A stretch of 64,000 nucleotides of DNA from positions 62,001-126,000 of the forward strand of contig NMRA01000632.1 in the NCBI GenBank assembly GCA_002633005.1, read 5' to 3'. The notes below the pieces were generated by a model. It saw nothing but the letters and a program-made list of their open reading frames with translations, did not search any database and was not told the origin of the DNA. Source of the DNA: Phoronis australis (lineage: Eukaryota; Animalia; Phoronida). Position 1 is the first letter of the stretch, and the number at the start of each line of letters is the position of its first letter. The translations under genes and the position numbers were made by a program. Shown piece by piece: positions 36,411 to 50,252 of this stretch.

Positions 36411-38208
36411 GGCTAGAGTTAAGTTTGTCGATCGTGTGGTTCGTGACAGGACCGAAGGCAGAACCAGAGAGAGTGAGGCTAGGCCCGATGTTGATGATCA
36501 CACTAGAGACAATTCCTCCAAGAAGAAGAGGTGTCTACTCCAGAAATCATTTGATGAAGAAGTTTGTCGTGACTGACATAGTCAAACCATAGTTGTCAGT
36601 AGAAACAAAAGTAAACCTGAAGGTGGAGAGTAGCATTTGTCCCCCTTAAACTCAACACTCTAAGGATCCTACTGCGTTTTGGATCAATCCCCAGACCGCC
36701 AGTCCCATTTTGACAAAGCGTGTCAATTGTCCAGATAGTGGGGCTTTTATTCGGAAAATTTCCTCTTGAAAGCCCACTTCCAGTCAACTTTTTGTCACAA
36801 ATTCAGTTTTGCGGAGCATTTATCATTTATAAAAACGACCAAAGTTTTGGCGAACAATATTTATTACCATAAACTTTGAAAACAGTTTTAAGTAAAAATG
36901 TCATCAAAGTCAGCAAACTATGACTTTCTGTTTACACGCCGGGGCGTTTATTTTGTATTGCACGACTGGATTTTTTTCATTTTCCGAATACACACCCATG
37001 GGCTTATTTATGGAAAATCCCGGTTTTAACGACACTCATCTACTGGTCATTTTTAACTCGTCTCTCAAAATAAAAACAAAATAAAAAATCACCAGGGGCG
37101 CTTTATCTTCGACCACAAAACCTAACGGGTATTCTACTTCCAATTTCTAGCCGAAGGCGGCATGTGTGCCGCTCATTGGGTCATTTTTCCAAGGCCGCTC
37201 AGAGCCCAAGGGACTACGAGAGGGCGCCTTTTCCGATTAAAATTCCTGGGAAAGCTTCAGTTTTGGGGTACACTTTTGCGGCCGACTGGAGTTTACTGTT
37301 TTAAAAACAATACAATCCAACTACCGTAAGCTTCAGGCTCACTTTACTTTATATTCACATTTCGTTGGGTTTAAATGGTTTAAGTTATGGTGAATTTCTA
37401 CAAAAGGGTGATTTTTATGTCTATAAACTGCCAACTACTGGGTCCCTTTTAATCCTGCTGCATGTACAAAGGGCGGGGTTTCATCTTACGACTCTTTAAA
37501 GCTACCGGCCGTATCATCGGCCGTACCAGCAGCCGTATCAGCGGCGCATGTAAATATTATAGTCTGACAAGCTACTTCCTGGAGCAAAGCATACACCTGG
37601 CTTGCGTTCAGTAGACGCTAGGACCTACGCCAGGACCTAGCTAAAACCTAGTCAAAGTCACGTGCTCTCATTTAAAATGCACAGCAATATCTCACGTAAT
37701 CTCGCGAAGTCTTGCTTTTTAGCGAGGACCTAGCGTTACTGAACGGGAGGCTGTATTGCAGACATTTGTCTGGGATATCAGTGACGTCAGAGAGTACTGC
37801 GAGCCCTGCAGCCAGACAAGGGAGTATCTGGCTTTGTCTTTGATAGATTTGTCCAAATTTCATGAACCTACGTCAAAATTTTTGAAGCATCGTTTTCTTA
37901 AAGCGAGAAAAATAGTGACAATAAACAACAAGAGTGTGATGGTGGATAAATACCATATTAGAATGTGTTATTTGGAAAAGAGTACAGACATAATGTTCAA
38001 TACCTCAGCGCGTATGATATGTAATAGTAACAACGCCTCTAGAAATGTTGGAAATTGTGTTATCAACTTTTTGACATTTTTTTACATTTGAGGACGAGAA
38101 TGAAAAGGAAGAAACCATATTATACGTATTAAATATTACAGTGTAATTTATTTGACGAAAAACATGCATCAATCCCACAAGTTTTACGTTTCTTTATTTC
38201 CTTGAAAT

Positions 38209-38360
38209 AATGATGATGATGATGATGATGGTGATGGTGATGGTGGTGGTGGTGATCGTGGTGATGACGGTGGTGGTGATTGTGGTGATGATGATGATGA
38301 TGATGATGATCATCATCATCATCATCATCATCATGATCATTATCATGATCATTATTATTA

Positions 38361-38410
<50 letters not shown>

Positions 38411-38411
38411 T
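38209..38411. repeat. Compound trinucleotide microsatellite (ATG/GTG)n-(ATC)n-(ATT)n
   Basis: Directly visible; explains the poly-N/D/H and poly-M/V/I ORFs. Confidence 0.95.
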
Positions 38412-41039
38412 AAAGAGGATAAAAATACAATAATGATAAAACATGCTTTAGCCAAAGGCTAATATCCAGCATGGTCCTCTAAAGAAAGTTTAGTTCTTCG
38501 CACTTCATTCCTTCTGAATTTGGACATTAATTAGCGGCATAAAAACAATCGTTGTGCTTATCCTTCCCACAGATTTTGTCAAGGTGCCTAGCAGTGGACA
38601 CCAGAGGACGCCAGTAGTGCGCTGTGCACGCATTTGCGGAGAATTGAACAACACTGCCACCCATTCCCTCCACGAGGGGGCTCTCTCCCATGTTACTTTG
38701 CTATCTACAGTGCCTGTAGGCTACACATGTTAAATCGCGTGTGAGCACTGGCTAATTGCACAAATAGAGTAGAGTCTGACGTTTATGTTCATAGAATCAA
38801 GAAACCATTCTTCTTGATAGAATGTTATACTCGGAGTTTATCTGGAATCAGTAGCGTGTTATAATTTTTATAGCCTTACCGAAACTAAAATGATGTAGAG
38901 GCAAATAAATGCCCTTCAGTTGTTGACGTTGACGTCGTCTGTCCAACCGCCAATCATTGCCCTCTGTGTATTCTATAAAAATTGTTAATCAAGGTGTACG
39001 TGATTCTCGCTCTGTTAAAATAGTAATTTACTCCCCTGTCTCCGATCCACAACGAAGCTTCCTGCTAGGTATAGGTCAGGTCTTATAGCTAGTGCTTAAC
39101 GGTCTTATCCGACGTGCCCGTACCCAGGGTGGGGATGGGGGGGGGGGGGNCCCACCGGGATTTGGGTCCGTCTTAGCAAGCCGAATTTAGTTCAAAACAC
39201 CTGTAATTTTTCAATTACCTCCGTTATACTCTTAATTTCCGGTCACTAAAAATAATTTTCGTTGAAAACGAAGGATTGTCAGCTTTATGATCATGGTACA
39301 TAATCAAATCGTGAATTATTCATAAAAAATAAATGTTGTTAAATTGTTACGACACATTAAGGGATTATTACGAGCAGTTCTCGAATAGTAACGTGTTGTT
39401 TGTGATCCATTGCTTATTATGTACGGATAAATCAATACCTGGACGATCGCTAAATCATTTTTGACATGTCAAAAGTTGCTTCTCCTTTCACGGATATTTA
39501 CGAGTGTCTGCGAGTTGTTGCGTTATGAGTCAAGTTACTTACAAATGCTTGAGAATGGTTACGATTTGGCTATCCGTTTTAACGGACTCGTAAAGAATCC
39601 CTGTACATGTATGTGAAGGCAGCCTTTAAATGCGATTCAAGAAACCACAGCCGAAGAAATTACCGTGAACACTGCCACTACCCACATGCACAAAAATTGG
39701 ATGGTTTTCCTTTTTTGTCCTATTTCAGTGATCGATTGTTTTGGCCAATGCATAATGAAAATCGTCCTAACGTCGCGTGAACTGTGGGAGTTTCTACGTC
39801 AGTTGGGTAATAGTTTACATCGACGATTGCGTCAACTCCTGCACTCCGGGTTTGGTCCGCTTCCTTCAACTTCGCACCCCCTAAGTCCCAAGTCAGATGC
39901 TGGGTACGTTGTTTTATGCTGGAAGATTTTGTTACAGCGTACAAGAGATTATGATCTACTTTTTTGTGCTGCAAAATTTACTAGAACCAGTGGTGTGGTT
40001 AATACACGTTGCCTGCATTGGATGTTTTGGGATGACACGGTGCTGCATAAGTCGTCATTATGGCCTTTGATGTTATTGAAACGGAAAAGAAAAATAATAT
40101 AGAGTATTGTGTTAAAACTGAGATTGTGTTTCCACGCTGTGAACATGAAAGTGAAAACTCGTTACCTTACAATGAATGCACAATTCCTCAACACAATTGT
40201 TTTTGTGACGAAAAGTAGCGCACTGAAATTTCAACATGACATATCTTCACATTTATTTAAGCAATTTAGAACACAATACTGATTTCACCAAAATATGGCA
40301 CCCAAAATATGTCCCAGTCCAAGTATTCTCGGTTTTTGTTTATTTCTTTGTTTTACGTTAGCTGCCTCGGCCACCTCAGCGCAACAATTCAAAATTTAAA
40401 CTTAAAAAATCTAATCTAAATATTATTTTTTGAAACGTGTTATTTCTTGATGAAAGAGTGTCATTTAAAAATGAATTAAATTGTCGCAAAATTGAAAAGC
40501 ATTTTATGTGTTTTATGAAATTTAAGTAAAATGAAACTGACAGTATGTCTGCAAGTTTGTAAGTGATGATCTAGGAAAACACGGTCAAGCGGTCAACTAC
40601 AAAAGCGTGTGACCCAAGTGACAGTTCGACCGACGTATCCGTTCAATAGTAGGTTATTGAATGTAGGCACGATGCTAAAGGCATTTATATGCATTTAATC
40701 CGTCAAGATTTACGGACATGACCAATGTGATACAATGGCAGGCTAATGAAAATGGGTACTTAATTAATGAATACGAAAATGTGCGTGTGATTTCTGCTTT
40801 TCGCAAGGAGTATTGTTGTTAGGTGAGAAGCCAGTGACGTAGTTCACAATGGCGTACTAGCTCTAGTGCATGCTAAACCGGACCGAAATAGACGAAGTTG
40901 CGTGACCATTCCACTCAGATATAATCCACTATGACCCATAAAAACCATTTTACTACTGAAAACTGTATTTTGATCACATTCAATGTCACAAAAATATCCA
41001 CTGAAAATATGTTTTTCAGTACAGTATCTGCTACTGAGA

Positions 41040-41730
41040 CCACATTATCGCCATCAATACAATTACTCTCTCCAACATCGTTACTATGGTCACCTCCGTT
41101 CATAACGCCATCACAATCATCCTCATTCGTCACAACCTTTTTCCCACCACCAGTTTGAACCTAATTACCACCATCAATGACGATAACACGATGACCTCCA
41201 TCGCCACCACCAGCATCATCACGACTACCACCATCGTCCACATCATCATTACTATCACCACCGTAAACACAATCACGGCCACAACGCGATCACTACCACT
41301 ACCATCGCCAGCACCACCACTAGGCCTAGATGTCTTTGCCACTAATAGCACTCCACTAGCACCTCCACCATTCCCGTCATCACAATCACTGGCAACAGAT
41401 TCATTTTCACGCATCACCATTATAATCATCAGCGTCACCACAAACATCACGACCACCATCATCACCACCACATTCACTCTCAAAACCCCACCAAAACCAT
41501 AACCGCCATTATCATCTTCGCCACGAAAACCACGGCTAACATTGTCGCCATCGCCATCACCAACATCGTCAACAACATCGACACCACCACCACCACCATC
41601 TTCACCGCCACAATTATCGTCACCTTCACTATCATTATTACCGTCGTCGTCGTCGTCGTCGTCGTCGTCATCATCATCATCATCATCATCAACAATCATC
41701 GTCACCATCGTCACCATCGTCATCATTTCC
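41040..41730. repeat. Degenerate (CAT/CAC/CGT)n low-complexity tract
   Basis: Directly visible; produces overlapping low-complexity ORFs in several frames. Confidence 0.9.
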
Positions 41731-44700
41731 AGCTCACCAAGTAGTAAAAATTGGAGCCCTTTCTATGACTAGCCGCTCAACACAATTGGTGTCAACCGAC
41801 ACTATCACCATGTGCCAATTCGTCACAGCAAGAGTCGTGATTAGACTTAACCAGACTTGTCATGACAAACGACCGTAACAATGGATGGCATCTTTAGATG
41901 ATAATAGAAGTGCATGAAGCATGGATCGATTACCTTCTCAACTAGATAATTACACCATGCTCTACAAATTACCCCATCTCGACTCAGCACAAGTCAGTTG
42001 ACACGGAGCAGGCCAAATATAGCAAGATGATCTCTCTCATCAAAAGCTATTACTGGTACATGTATGTCCATTACCTTAACTAAACAGCACGACTGTCACG
42101 ACGGGTAAGTTTTTACATCCTCTGCAGTTAACTCGAGTATTACCTAGCGTATTCCTATATAGGCGAACTAGTCATCAAATCATGAAACAAGTTTAAATGG
42201 TTAAAATATTATACGATCAGCTTGAACAACAATTGATAACGATAATGCGTCGACGCTCAGTTTGGTACTAAAATGAACACAACGATCGAGCCATCACTGA
42301 AGATACTTCACCCACGAGCTCTCTGGCTTTGCCGCATTAATTCTCCTGTCCTACTGCTAGTTTCGTCAGAGCTGAATAGACTTTTGTGTCAACTAAGATA
42401 TGCCTCTTTGGTACTCTCAGCTTCGGGCGAGAGTTACAAAAAATCGGACAAAACAAGAAAAAAGTCATTCACTGAGGCATCTAATGAAAAGAACACGAGG
42501 ACATTAGAGAAGAAGCATCTGCAACGAAACAAACGGAATATAAATGTGTAGCATTCACCCATTGGCGACCACGGGTGGGCCGGGTGGAGTGAAGTTGGTG
42601 GCAACGGTTGGAAGGATTGGAATTGAGGGGAGGGGGTGACCGGAGGGAAGCGGTGGAATTGATGGCTACCTGGGCATGAACGGAGGAAGTGTGAAATTGA
42701 TGGCCACCAGGGGCAAAATGGTTACTTGGCGATCGGTGGCGGAAGTGGGATTAGTGGGACTGACAATTGATTATGACCAGGAGGCGATGTTCCAGCAAAT
42801 TTATACCATATGCCCCTTCCCCAAACAGCCAAACCAAGCTATGCCTATAATGAAGTCTCCACGTATGGAAAATCTCGGTTTGGTGTAAAAAGTAAAACAA
42901 AACTTACAAGGGCTGCGAGCACATATTTCCCTTTGTCAATCATCGCAGTTGAACGAGTCTACAGCCTGTGAGATTTCAGCTGAACCCTGTATTCATTATA
43001 AAGTATTACTTTGGTAACAGTACTTTATTCAAACATATTTTGCACGCTTCTGTCATGTTAGTTTTGTTCTTGACAACGATCAAACGCATGCTCGAGTATT
43101 TGTGCGTGTTGCTGTAGTCTACGGTTAGATGGTTGTTCAGCAGATTAAGCCCGGATCACGAGACAGTCATAATTCCTTATTATTCCTTCAACTAGAGCGC
43201 AATGATTCAGAGGTTGTACGAATAGCATAACGTTAGATTTTAAAGAAAAAATGTCTTTCCAAACTATATATTTCATCTACCCCGGATTGCAGTTGAAAAG
43301 ATACCAATGGCGATGGGGTGACAGCCCCGGACACATATCGGGGGCATCTAATCATTATAGTGTGACTGATTTGTAGTTTTGAATAAAGTTTCTATTTTAT
43401 GTTTCCCCTGTTTTACTTTTCTTAGTACAAGGGCCCATGCATTTGATTGGAGGGAGGGGTGTCCTATATAAATCACCCCGGGTATCACCAAACCTTTGCA
43501 CGCTACTGGCATAATTCGTGGGAAGCATCTCTTTCAAGAACGCATTCGTGGTTAAAAATAGCTAATACTTGACGTCAGAGCTACATTGGCATTTTTTCAT
43601 CTGCTATGCTATGGCGGCAGAGTAGTCGAGAATCTTCCCTATGACAAATCCATGACTCCTAGTTTCGCCAAGAAAATGCTTTCTAGCGCTTTTTGGGCTT
43701 AACTCCATTTATTATACATTATACTTGTCATAATGAACATTAAAAAAACAAAAACTCCTAATTTCGCAAGTCTTGGGGGACAAATAGTAATTACCAGTCT
43801 TTAAATGAGAAGAGTTTCAAGGAGACAAATCTTGTAGGACAAAAAAGATATCACGTGCACGGAAAAGGGGGCTTGACGTGCACTTCGTGGTGTGTACCAA
43901 GGGCGGACTAGGGATTCTCAGTGCAGGAAGGGGGGTCCAGGTAGGTTGAGCAGTATCTCAGTGGTTGTCACAAATTCCTCCTCGGCCAGCACAAGATTCA
44001 AGCAAACCCTCGATCACCACAAATTTTTCCTCCCCCCGTTGCCAAAAATTTCGAGCTGTAAAGTATCTCCTCTCAGCACAGTTTTTTACCCTGCCGCTAC
44101 CCACATAGTCACAATTTCAACGCCCCAGTTGCCCTTATTTCCGACCACGGCACGCCAAACCCTTCCCATCGGTTACCACCATTTTCACGTAACGACAAAC
44201 GTATATCAAATTTTACAAAGCAGAGCCCGTGTGATGCGAGGGCGGGCCTTGGTTTCTGCAAAAGGCTTATAAGCTTAGTTTGTATAATGTGGCAGTGGTG
44301 AAAAGCGTCAATCGAAAGCATGCACCTTTTTCTTTTTTGACAACAAAGTAAATATAATTTATGCTTAGTACTTTTTGAAATTGAATTACACTTTTCGTCT
44401 GGTCGACATGTAAATTACGTACAGTATTCATTTTCTCAACAGCTCTAGGATCTTTGTTACTGGACGAAATGGGACGCAAGGTGGCGCTGTGACTGTCATT
44501 TTTCAAATTATGTTTGTGGAGCACTAGCCCCGAGATCCTTTGACCAAACCTTGACAAATTCTGTATGTAAGAAGATCTACTCACGGACTATTTGCATTGC
44601 GTGATTGATATCTCGCTACGACTTACCGTTCACGAGATATTCGAGGTTTTCTGATTTGATGACTGCTCCTTTATTGACAGATTCCTCAATTCACTTTTAA

Positions 44701-45118
44701 TGGTTTATCATTTACTTTGACGCTGGTTTAATTGGCGTCAGAGTGGTCGTTGTTGACGTTCTTATATGTGTCGTCGACCTCGCCTTTCAATTTTTATTTG
44801 AAAGAGTCTGTGTCCAAATAATTCTCAATACTCACGCATTGGTGACATTAGTTTGTTATCAAACGCAGTTTTCACAATTCACTCAGTTTTTTAAGAGAAA
44901 TCTGCATTTCGTTGTCCCCAAAAAGCGCAGTGTAAAAATAAAAATCGGATTGTTTACTATGTCTAGGGAAGATGTATTAGCTGTGTTACCCGATGGATAT
45001 AGAAAGCTGTTAATTTTTTAGCTACTTCCATTAACTAGTCGTTTCGTCGGTGCTGATTGCGAAAGCGAATGAGCCGTTATCGTCGCGTTAGCTGAACGCA
45101 ATTTTAGACGAGCGAGAT

Positions 45119-45511
45119 CAGGGCCCGGGTTCTAATCTTTTTACTCGAAATTTAACTCGAGATTATGTTTGGCATTTTCTCAAGATAAGTGTCTATTATT
45201 CTCTTCTCTTCTCGAGTACAAAATGACTTACGTGGATAACTTTTTAGTCCTACAGGTGTAGTTTTCAGTTGATAAGCCCAACATTAAGGCTAAAAATTTT
45301 AGTTTAAACTCGAAATTTCGAGTTTTACTCGCGTTTGTAGCACGAATATAGGAGTCAGCAAGTGCAAACTTGAACTAGAGACTCATATGCGTAAATGTAT
45401 TCGAGCAGAGTCTAATAACCGCTTATGTTGAGTTCGCACAAAAGTAGCAGAGAAATTGCCAAAAATAATTTCGAATTCGTTTCGAGTACAAAGATTCGAT
45501 TCCGGGCCCAG
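45119..45511. mobile_element. MITE with GGGCCC-type TIRs (Harbinger-like)
   Basis: gggcccgggttctaatctttttactcgaaa ... tttcgagtacaaagattcgattccgggccc. Confidence 0.7.
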
Positions 45512-45629
45512 GGTTTGGAGATGGTGTAAAGGTTGTAAAATAGACCAGACCGTGACTGTATTACTGAATTACAAATATACCCTTTCCTGTCCAGACCATT
45601 TGCTGGATTTGGACTGCATATGACGCGTT

Positions 45630-46410
45630 GTTTGATCACCTACCTTTTGATGCACCTGCATACGTGGCTGCATATTGCCGTCATCCTGTCCGGGCCTCCG
45701 GTTGTTGTGGTGTTCGCTCGAAAAAGCACTTCTGTTCAGATCTTGATGAAGTTTGCCACGAGGCATCATTCGAGTGTTACGTGCCACTTTTTTGCCGAGC
45801 AACCAAAACCAGAAGGGCGAGTTCTTCAGTGGTTCTTGAGGGGAAAAGCATTCAGGATGATATTTTTTATAACCGGTCGAGAGACTTCAATGAAACTTAC
45901 TATCAAAGTGTGTGATGGCAATGGACCTCCACCAATCGATTTTCGGGCAGCACGCCGTGGCGGACATTTTGGTATTGACAAGGGTTTTCCAGTACGTTTT
46001 GGGATAAGGGTCTGCGGATGATGCATTTCAATTCAACGTGACACAAAAGTATGTGCAAGGTGGTGAAGTAGCGCCATCAGGCGACATTTGGGTGAATTCA
46101 AGCACTACAAAAGTATGTGCATAGTGGTGAGGTGTCGGCACCAGGCGATATTTGGATGAATTCAAGCACTGCGGTGGCAATTTTGTTCTCGATAAAGTAC
46201 TGGAAGTACTTTTGAAGACAGAACGTTTCCTGGTGATATCTAAAGAACCGAGTGACAGATTTCAATGAAACTTGACTGGTATTTGAGGATAACGCGCCCT
46301 TGACAGGCAATTTTGGAGCAAATTCGACTACTGCAGTGTTCCTCTAATGGCCATTTTGTCCGGTTATCCACTCGATGTCTCAAAAACCTCCGGTCGTATT
46401 TTTATAACAC
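45630..46410 (+). mobile_element. HINE/DINE-like non-autonomous element relic
   Basis: Recurrent tt(c/g)aatgaaactt motifs and duplicated caaaagtatgtgca..gtggtga..cca(t/c)caggcga units. Confidence 0.45.
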
Positions 46411-49400
46411 CCTAGAGAAGCTTGCGCGCGCTCGCGAAAACGTTAGAACACGTAAGTCTTCGCGAGATATTGCAGTGAATTTCAAGCAAAACACATAATC
46501 ACTCTTAGTTTCCTCAGCGAAATTTTTGGGTCTACGAATCTCTACCTTAGTTGTGCGCATGGAATACGTCACCTTCAAAAATCACATAATGTTCTGTCAA
46601 CACTATCTGAATGGCAAATCAACCAAAAGGCAAGGTTGCGTGAACATGAAATAGTCCATATTGTCATGTGACATTGAGCAAAAGGGACAAGCAAATGGAC
46701 CAACATCAACAAACTGCGGTTTATGCTTTCGGCAGCTTAAATTATGGGGTAGAGTATTTTACTGCATGTAGTCTGATGCAGATCGTTCCCAGAAGGCAAT
46801 TATTGTCATGGATATTTTTCATAAATCATAGATCTATTTACTCGCTGGCAGGAGGCAGGAGTAAATACTTGTATCCGGAATATATTAGAAATGTCTTAGG
46901 TCAATAGCCAATAACCCTAAAAACCTGCATATACATGTGTAGGCCTACTACAAATGGATTCAACCGTGAATCACGAGCAAAGAAATGTTTTGCAAGAAAA
47001 GAATTCCAGTGGTTGGGAAACAAAAAGCGATGCTCGCTGTTGGAGCTTCGACCACTTTTAAAAAAGACTAAGAAGCAAAGTTCTAACGGTCAAATTTCGG
47101 AGTTCTGCAGTCGATGGCGAGTGAAACTGACACAATAACTTTCATCGAAGGCCTTTGGTGGTTCCTGCGAAGAATAATTTCGTCCGTGGCCTAGGGCACA
47201 GCTGCATCTAACGGGATCTAGCATTACGTAGAAACGTGCACAAATCATTTTTATTTTTGTGTGCGACAAATGTCCCGTAAAAATATGAGAGAGTCTCAAA
47301 CTCTGTTTCCATAAATGAAAAGGAGACTGATTGGAAGAGGAAAAAGATGACATTTATTATGACAGAAAAAGAAAATTCAATACAAAATTGGTAAAATACC
47401 CAAGACATGGAAAACATATACACGAATAAACGATGACGTTGGCTTTGATACTGTCGCTCTCTTTGCGAATGTTATTTTGCCTCAAGAGCATGTAGTCTCT
47501 CGACACATTACTAGCGTAGTTAACTAAACCGATTGCCCCGCTGTGTCTGTTAAGGTGTAAAAAATAGTTTGTTACGGTTGTCTTCGCGCATTTATGTATG
47601 TGTATCTAATGATGAAACAGTGCTGCTCTGGAGACTAATCAAGATAAGATAAAAATGCCCTCAAGCCGACCACTCTAAATTGCTTCTCTCACCGCATGAA
47701 TTTATATCCAAGTCGAAATCCAAAACGCAATTGCAATATAATTACACGTTATCTGGCCACAATCTCCTCGATTAATTGTTTAAATAGCAGGCGTGTAATT
47801 AATATACTACAGTTGTATTAGGTGATTTTTTGCTAAATGATGTTGACTCATCAACCAGTAAGATTACGGAAATGGCGACCTTTAAAGATAAAAGAAGTAA
47901 TTATTCTTCATGGAAGAACGAAAATATGATTACGACATTAAGACTTGAAGTCAGCTGAAATCAGTGTCAAGGGAGATAATGGCCGTTATGTATCTAGTTC
48001 GAATCAATTTGTCTTCCGAGTTATATCAGCATAGAAGGAGGATTTTACTGAAGCAAAATCCGCAAAACAACGTTAAAAGGGTGAGCTTTAAAACCTAAAA
48101 ATATTGGTGCTATAAAGTGAAATGTTCCCACTCATGTTAAAAAACGGATGTTGACTTTTTGAGCAAACTGCGTACAATTTATTTTCGATGGGTTATCACC
48201 CACTGTCACTGACGTCAAAACCGACGATTGATTTTTTTGCTTTTTATGCCCGTGTAAAAATCGCCAAAACATCAAAAAAAACCCCAAAAACATGAACATC
48301 CAAACTGACTTCCCCAGTGATTGAAGAAAATGAAATTGTGATGTAGAAGAAAGGATTTTTGAGGTTTGAAAACTGATAGTTCTATACTCGGGATATTATC
48401 TGTGCTTCTGTAGTAGCTAACTCGAAACTCGTTTCAGTAAAAAAAAAAAAATGAAACCCATTTTGATTATTGGATGGCGGTGAGAGCCTTAACGGGACCA
48501 ATAGAAATTTTATTCACGTGTTACTTCACCGTCAGAAAGTATTAGGCAGACCTACAGCTCTGTGTCACTGGTTGTACGGTGACGTACTTTTCGACTATAC
48601 GCATTTCCACTTCGCGCAGGCGTTAAAGGCAAACAGGAAGCCTGTAACTACCGTTTGTAATACAGTATCGCCGCAGTGCCGTCTTCATCTCACTCTCCCT
48701 CTTTTGTTCAAAGCTTGCCATTTCATTTTATGCGGCACTCATCACCTGACTGGGTTTGCAAATCGTTCGCTACGTTCGTTGGAATCGTCAGCAAACACGA
48801 ACAGCTCGTGGATAGCTCATATTAGTTTGCTCTCCGTTTTCAGTATCACTACGATAAGACATTTAGCTATACCAGAAGTCGTGTATCGTCACACAATGGG
48901 TTTCGTAGCAAAAATACTATGAATGTTTTTGATAGTAAATGATGCGTGCTGTTCCAAGCGCCGTGTTCCATTTCTTGTTTGTTTTCGCGAAGGACTGTAT
49001 TCTTGGCATGATTAAATGCAAAACCGATTTACTTTTACGAACACCTTTTCAAGAGTGCTCAATGTCAAGATGCTAAGACGGTGGTGCGACACGTTGACAT
49101 GGAGAGGTTTTGTTCGGTGATTATCAAATGTTCGCAAATCTTCCACTCTCAACAGAATCATCAAAAAGACAGGCATTGCGTGCATTGATGGAGTTGTTAA
49201 TGGTTCGTACGTCGGTTTAATTCGCTGTGATTTTTATGAACGTCGGTAATAGGTTCCAGAACATAATGACTGAACGGTAATTAGAATATGCATGCATAAC
49301 CAATCGACGCAGTAAAAGGTATGTGTTGTTTGTTTCAGTTGCTTTTGAATTAACTGAACGTAAAGTAAAGACGCTATATCCAAATGGGTTGGTAGTGTGC

Positions 49401-49799
49401 CCACTGATTAAGTGGCACTTAACCGAGCTTTCCGTCCAAAAAGTGCGTTTTGATTCAGAGCACTTAACTCCATACAAAATTTGTCTCAACTTGTTTCTCA
49501 CTCAAACGAGAATTGACTTCTGGGTTTGTGAACATGTCATAGCTCCTTATTCCTTTAGACCACGCTTGACGCATAAGATGACGTGCCACGGTGACAAGCC
49601 AACTTGTAGCACCTGACCTCAATCAACAACGAAATGTCAGCACTTTGAAGCCTTGAAATCACCTCCAATTTGACTAAGGAATAATGCGAGATTAATTTCA
49701 TACCGGTAAGTGGTCTAAATGAGATTTTTTGTGTTGAAAGGCAGGTTTGTTGTCACCAAGTAACGGAAATTTCGTCTTTGCCATTTTGCCTACAGGTTG

Positions 49800-50252
49800 C
49801 ACAAGGTCACTCATGGCAGAACGAATGAGGTTACTCATGGCAGAACGAATGAGGTCACTCATGGCAGAACGAATGAGGTTACTCATGGCAGAACGAATGA
49901 GGTCACTCATGGCAGAACGAATGAGGTTACTCATGGCAGAACGAATGAGGTCACTCATGGCAGAATGAATGAGGTTACTAGTGGCAGAACAAATGAGGTT
50001 ACTAATGGCAGAACGAATGAGGTTACTAATGGCAGAACGAATGAGGTTACTATATAATGGCAGAACGAATGAGGTCACTCATGGCAGAACGAATGAGGTT
50101 ACTAATAGCAGAACGAATAAGGTCACTCATGGCAGAATGAATGAGGTTACTAATAGCAGAACGAATGAGGTCACTCATGGCAGAACGAATGAGGTCACTC
50201 ATGGCAGAACAAATGAGGTCACTCAGAACGAATGAGGTTACTAATGACAGAA
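49800..50252. repeat. Minisatellite, 24-bp unit, ~18-19 copies
   Basis: Unit atggcagaacgaatgaggt(c/t)act(c/a); no unique spacers. Confidence 0.95.

Noticed and set aside
38129-38455. His/Asp/Asn-rich protein ORF
   Set aside because: Translation of a trinucleotide microsatellite.
40915-41772. Mucin-like or acidic protein ORFs
   Set aside because: Degenerate trinucleotide tract open in many frames on both strands; no splice context or domain.
49800-50252. CRISPR array or repeat-protein gene
   Set aside because: Contiguous tandem units without unique spacers, no cas genes, eukaryotic context; the ORFs are by-products of a 24-bp unit.
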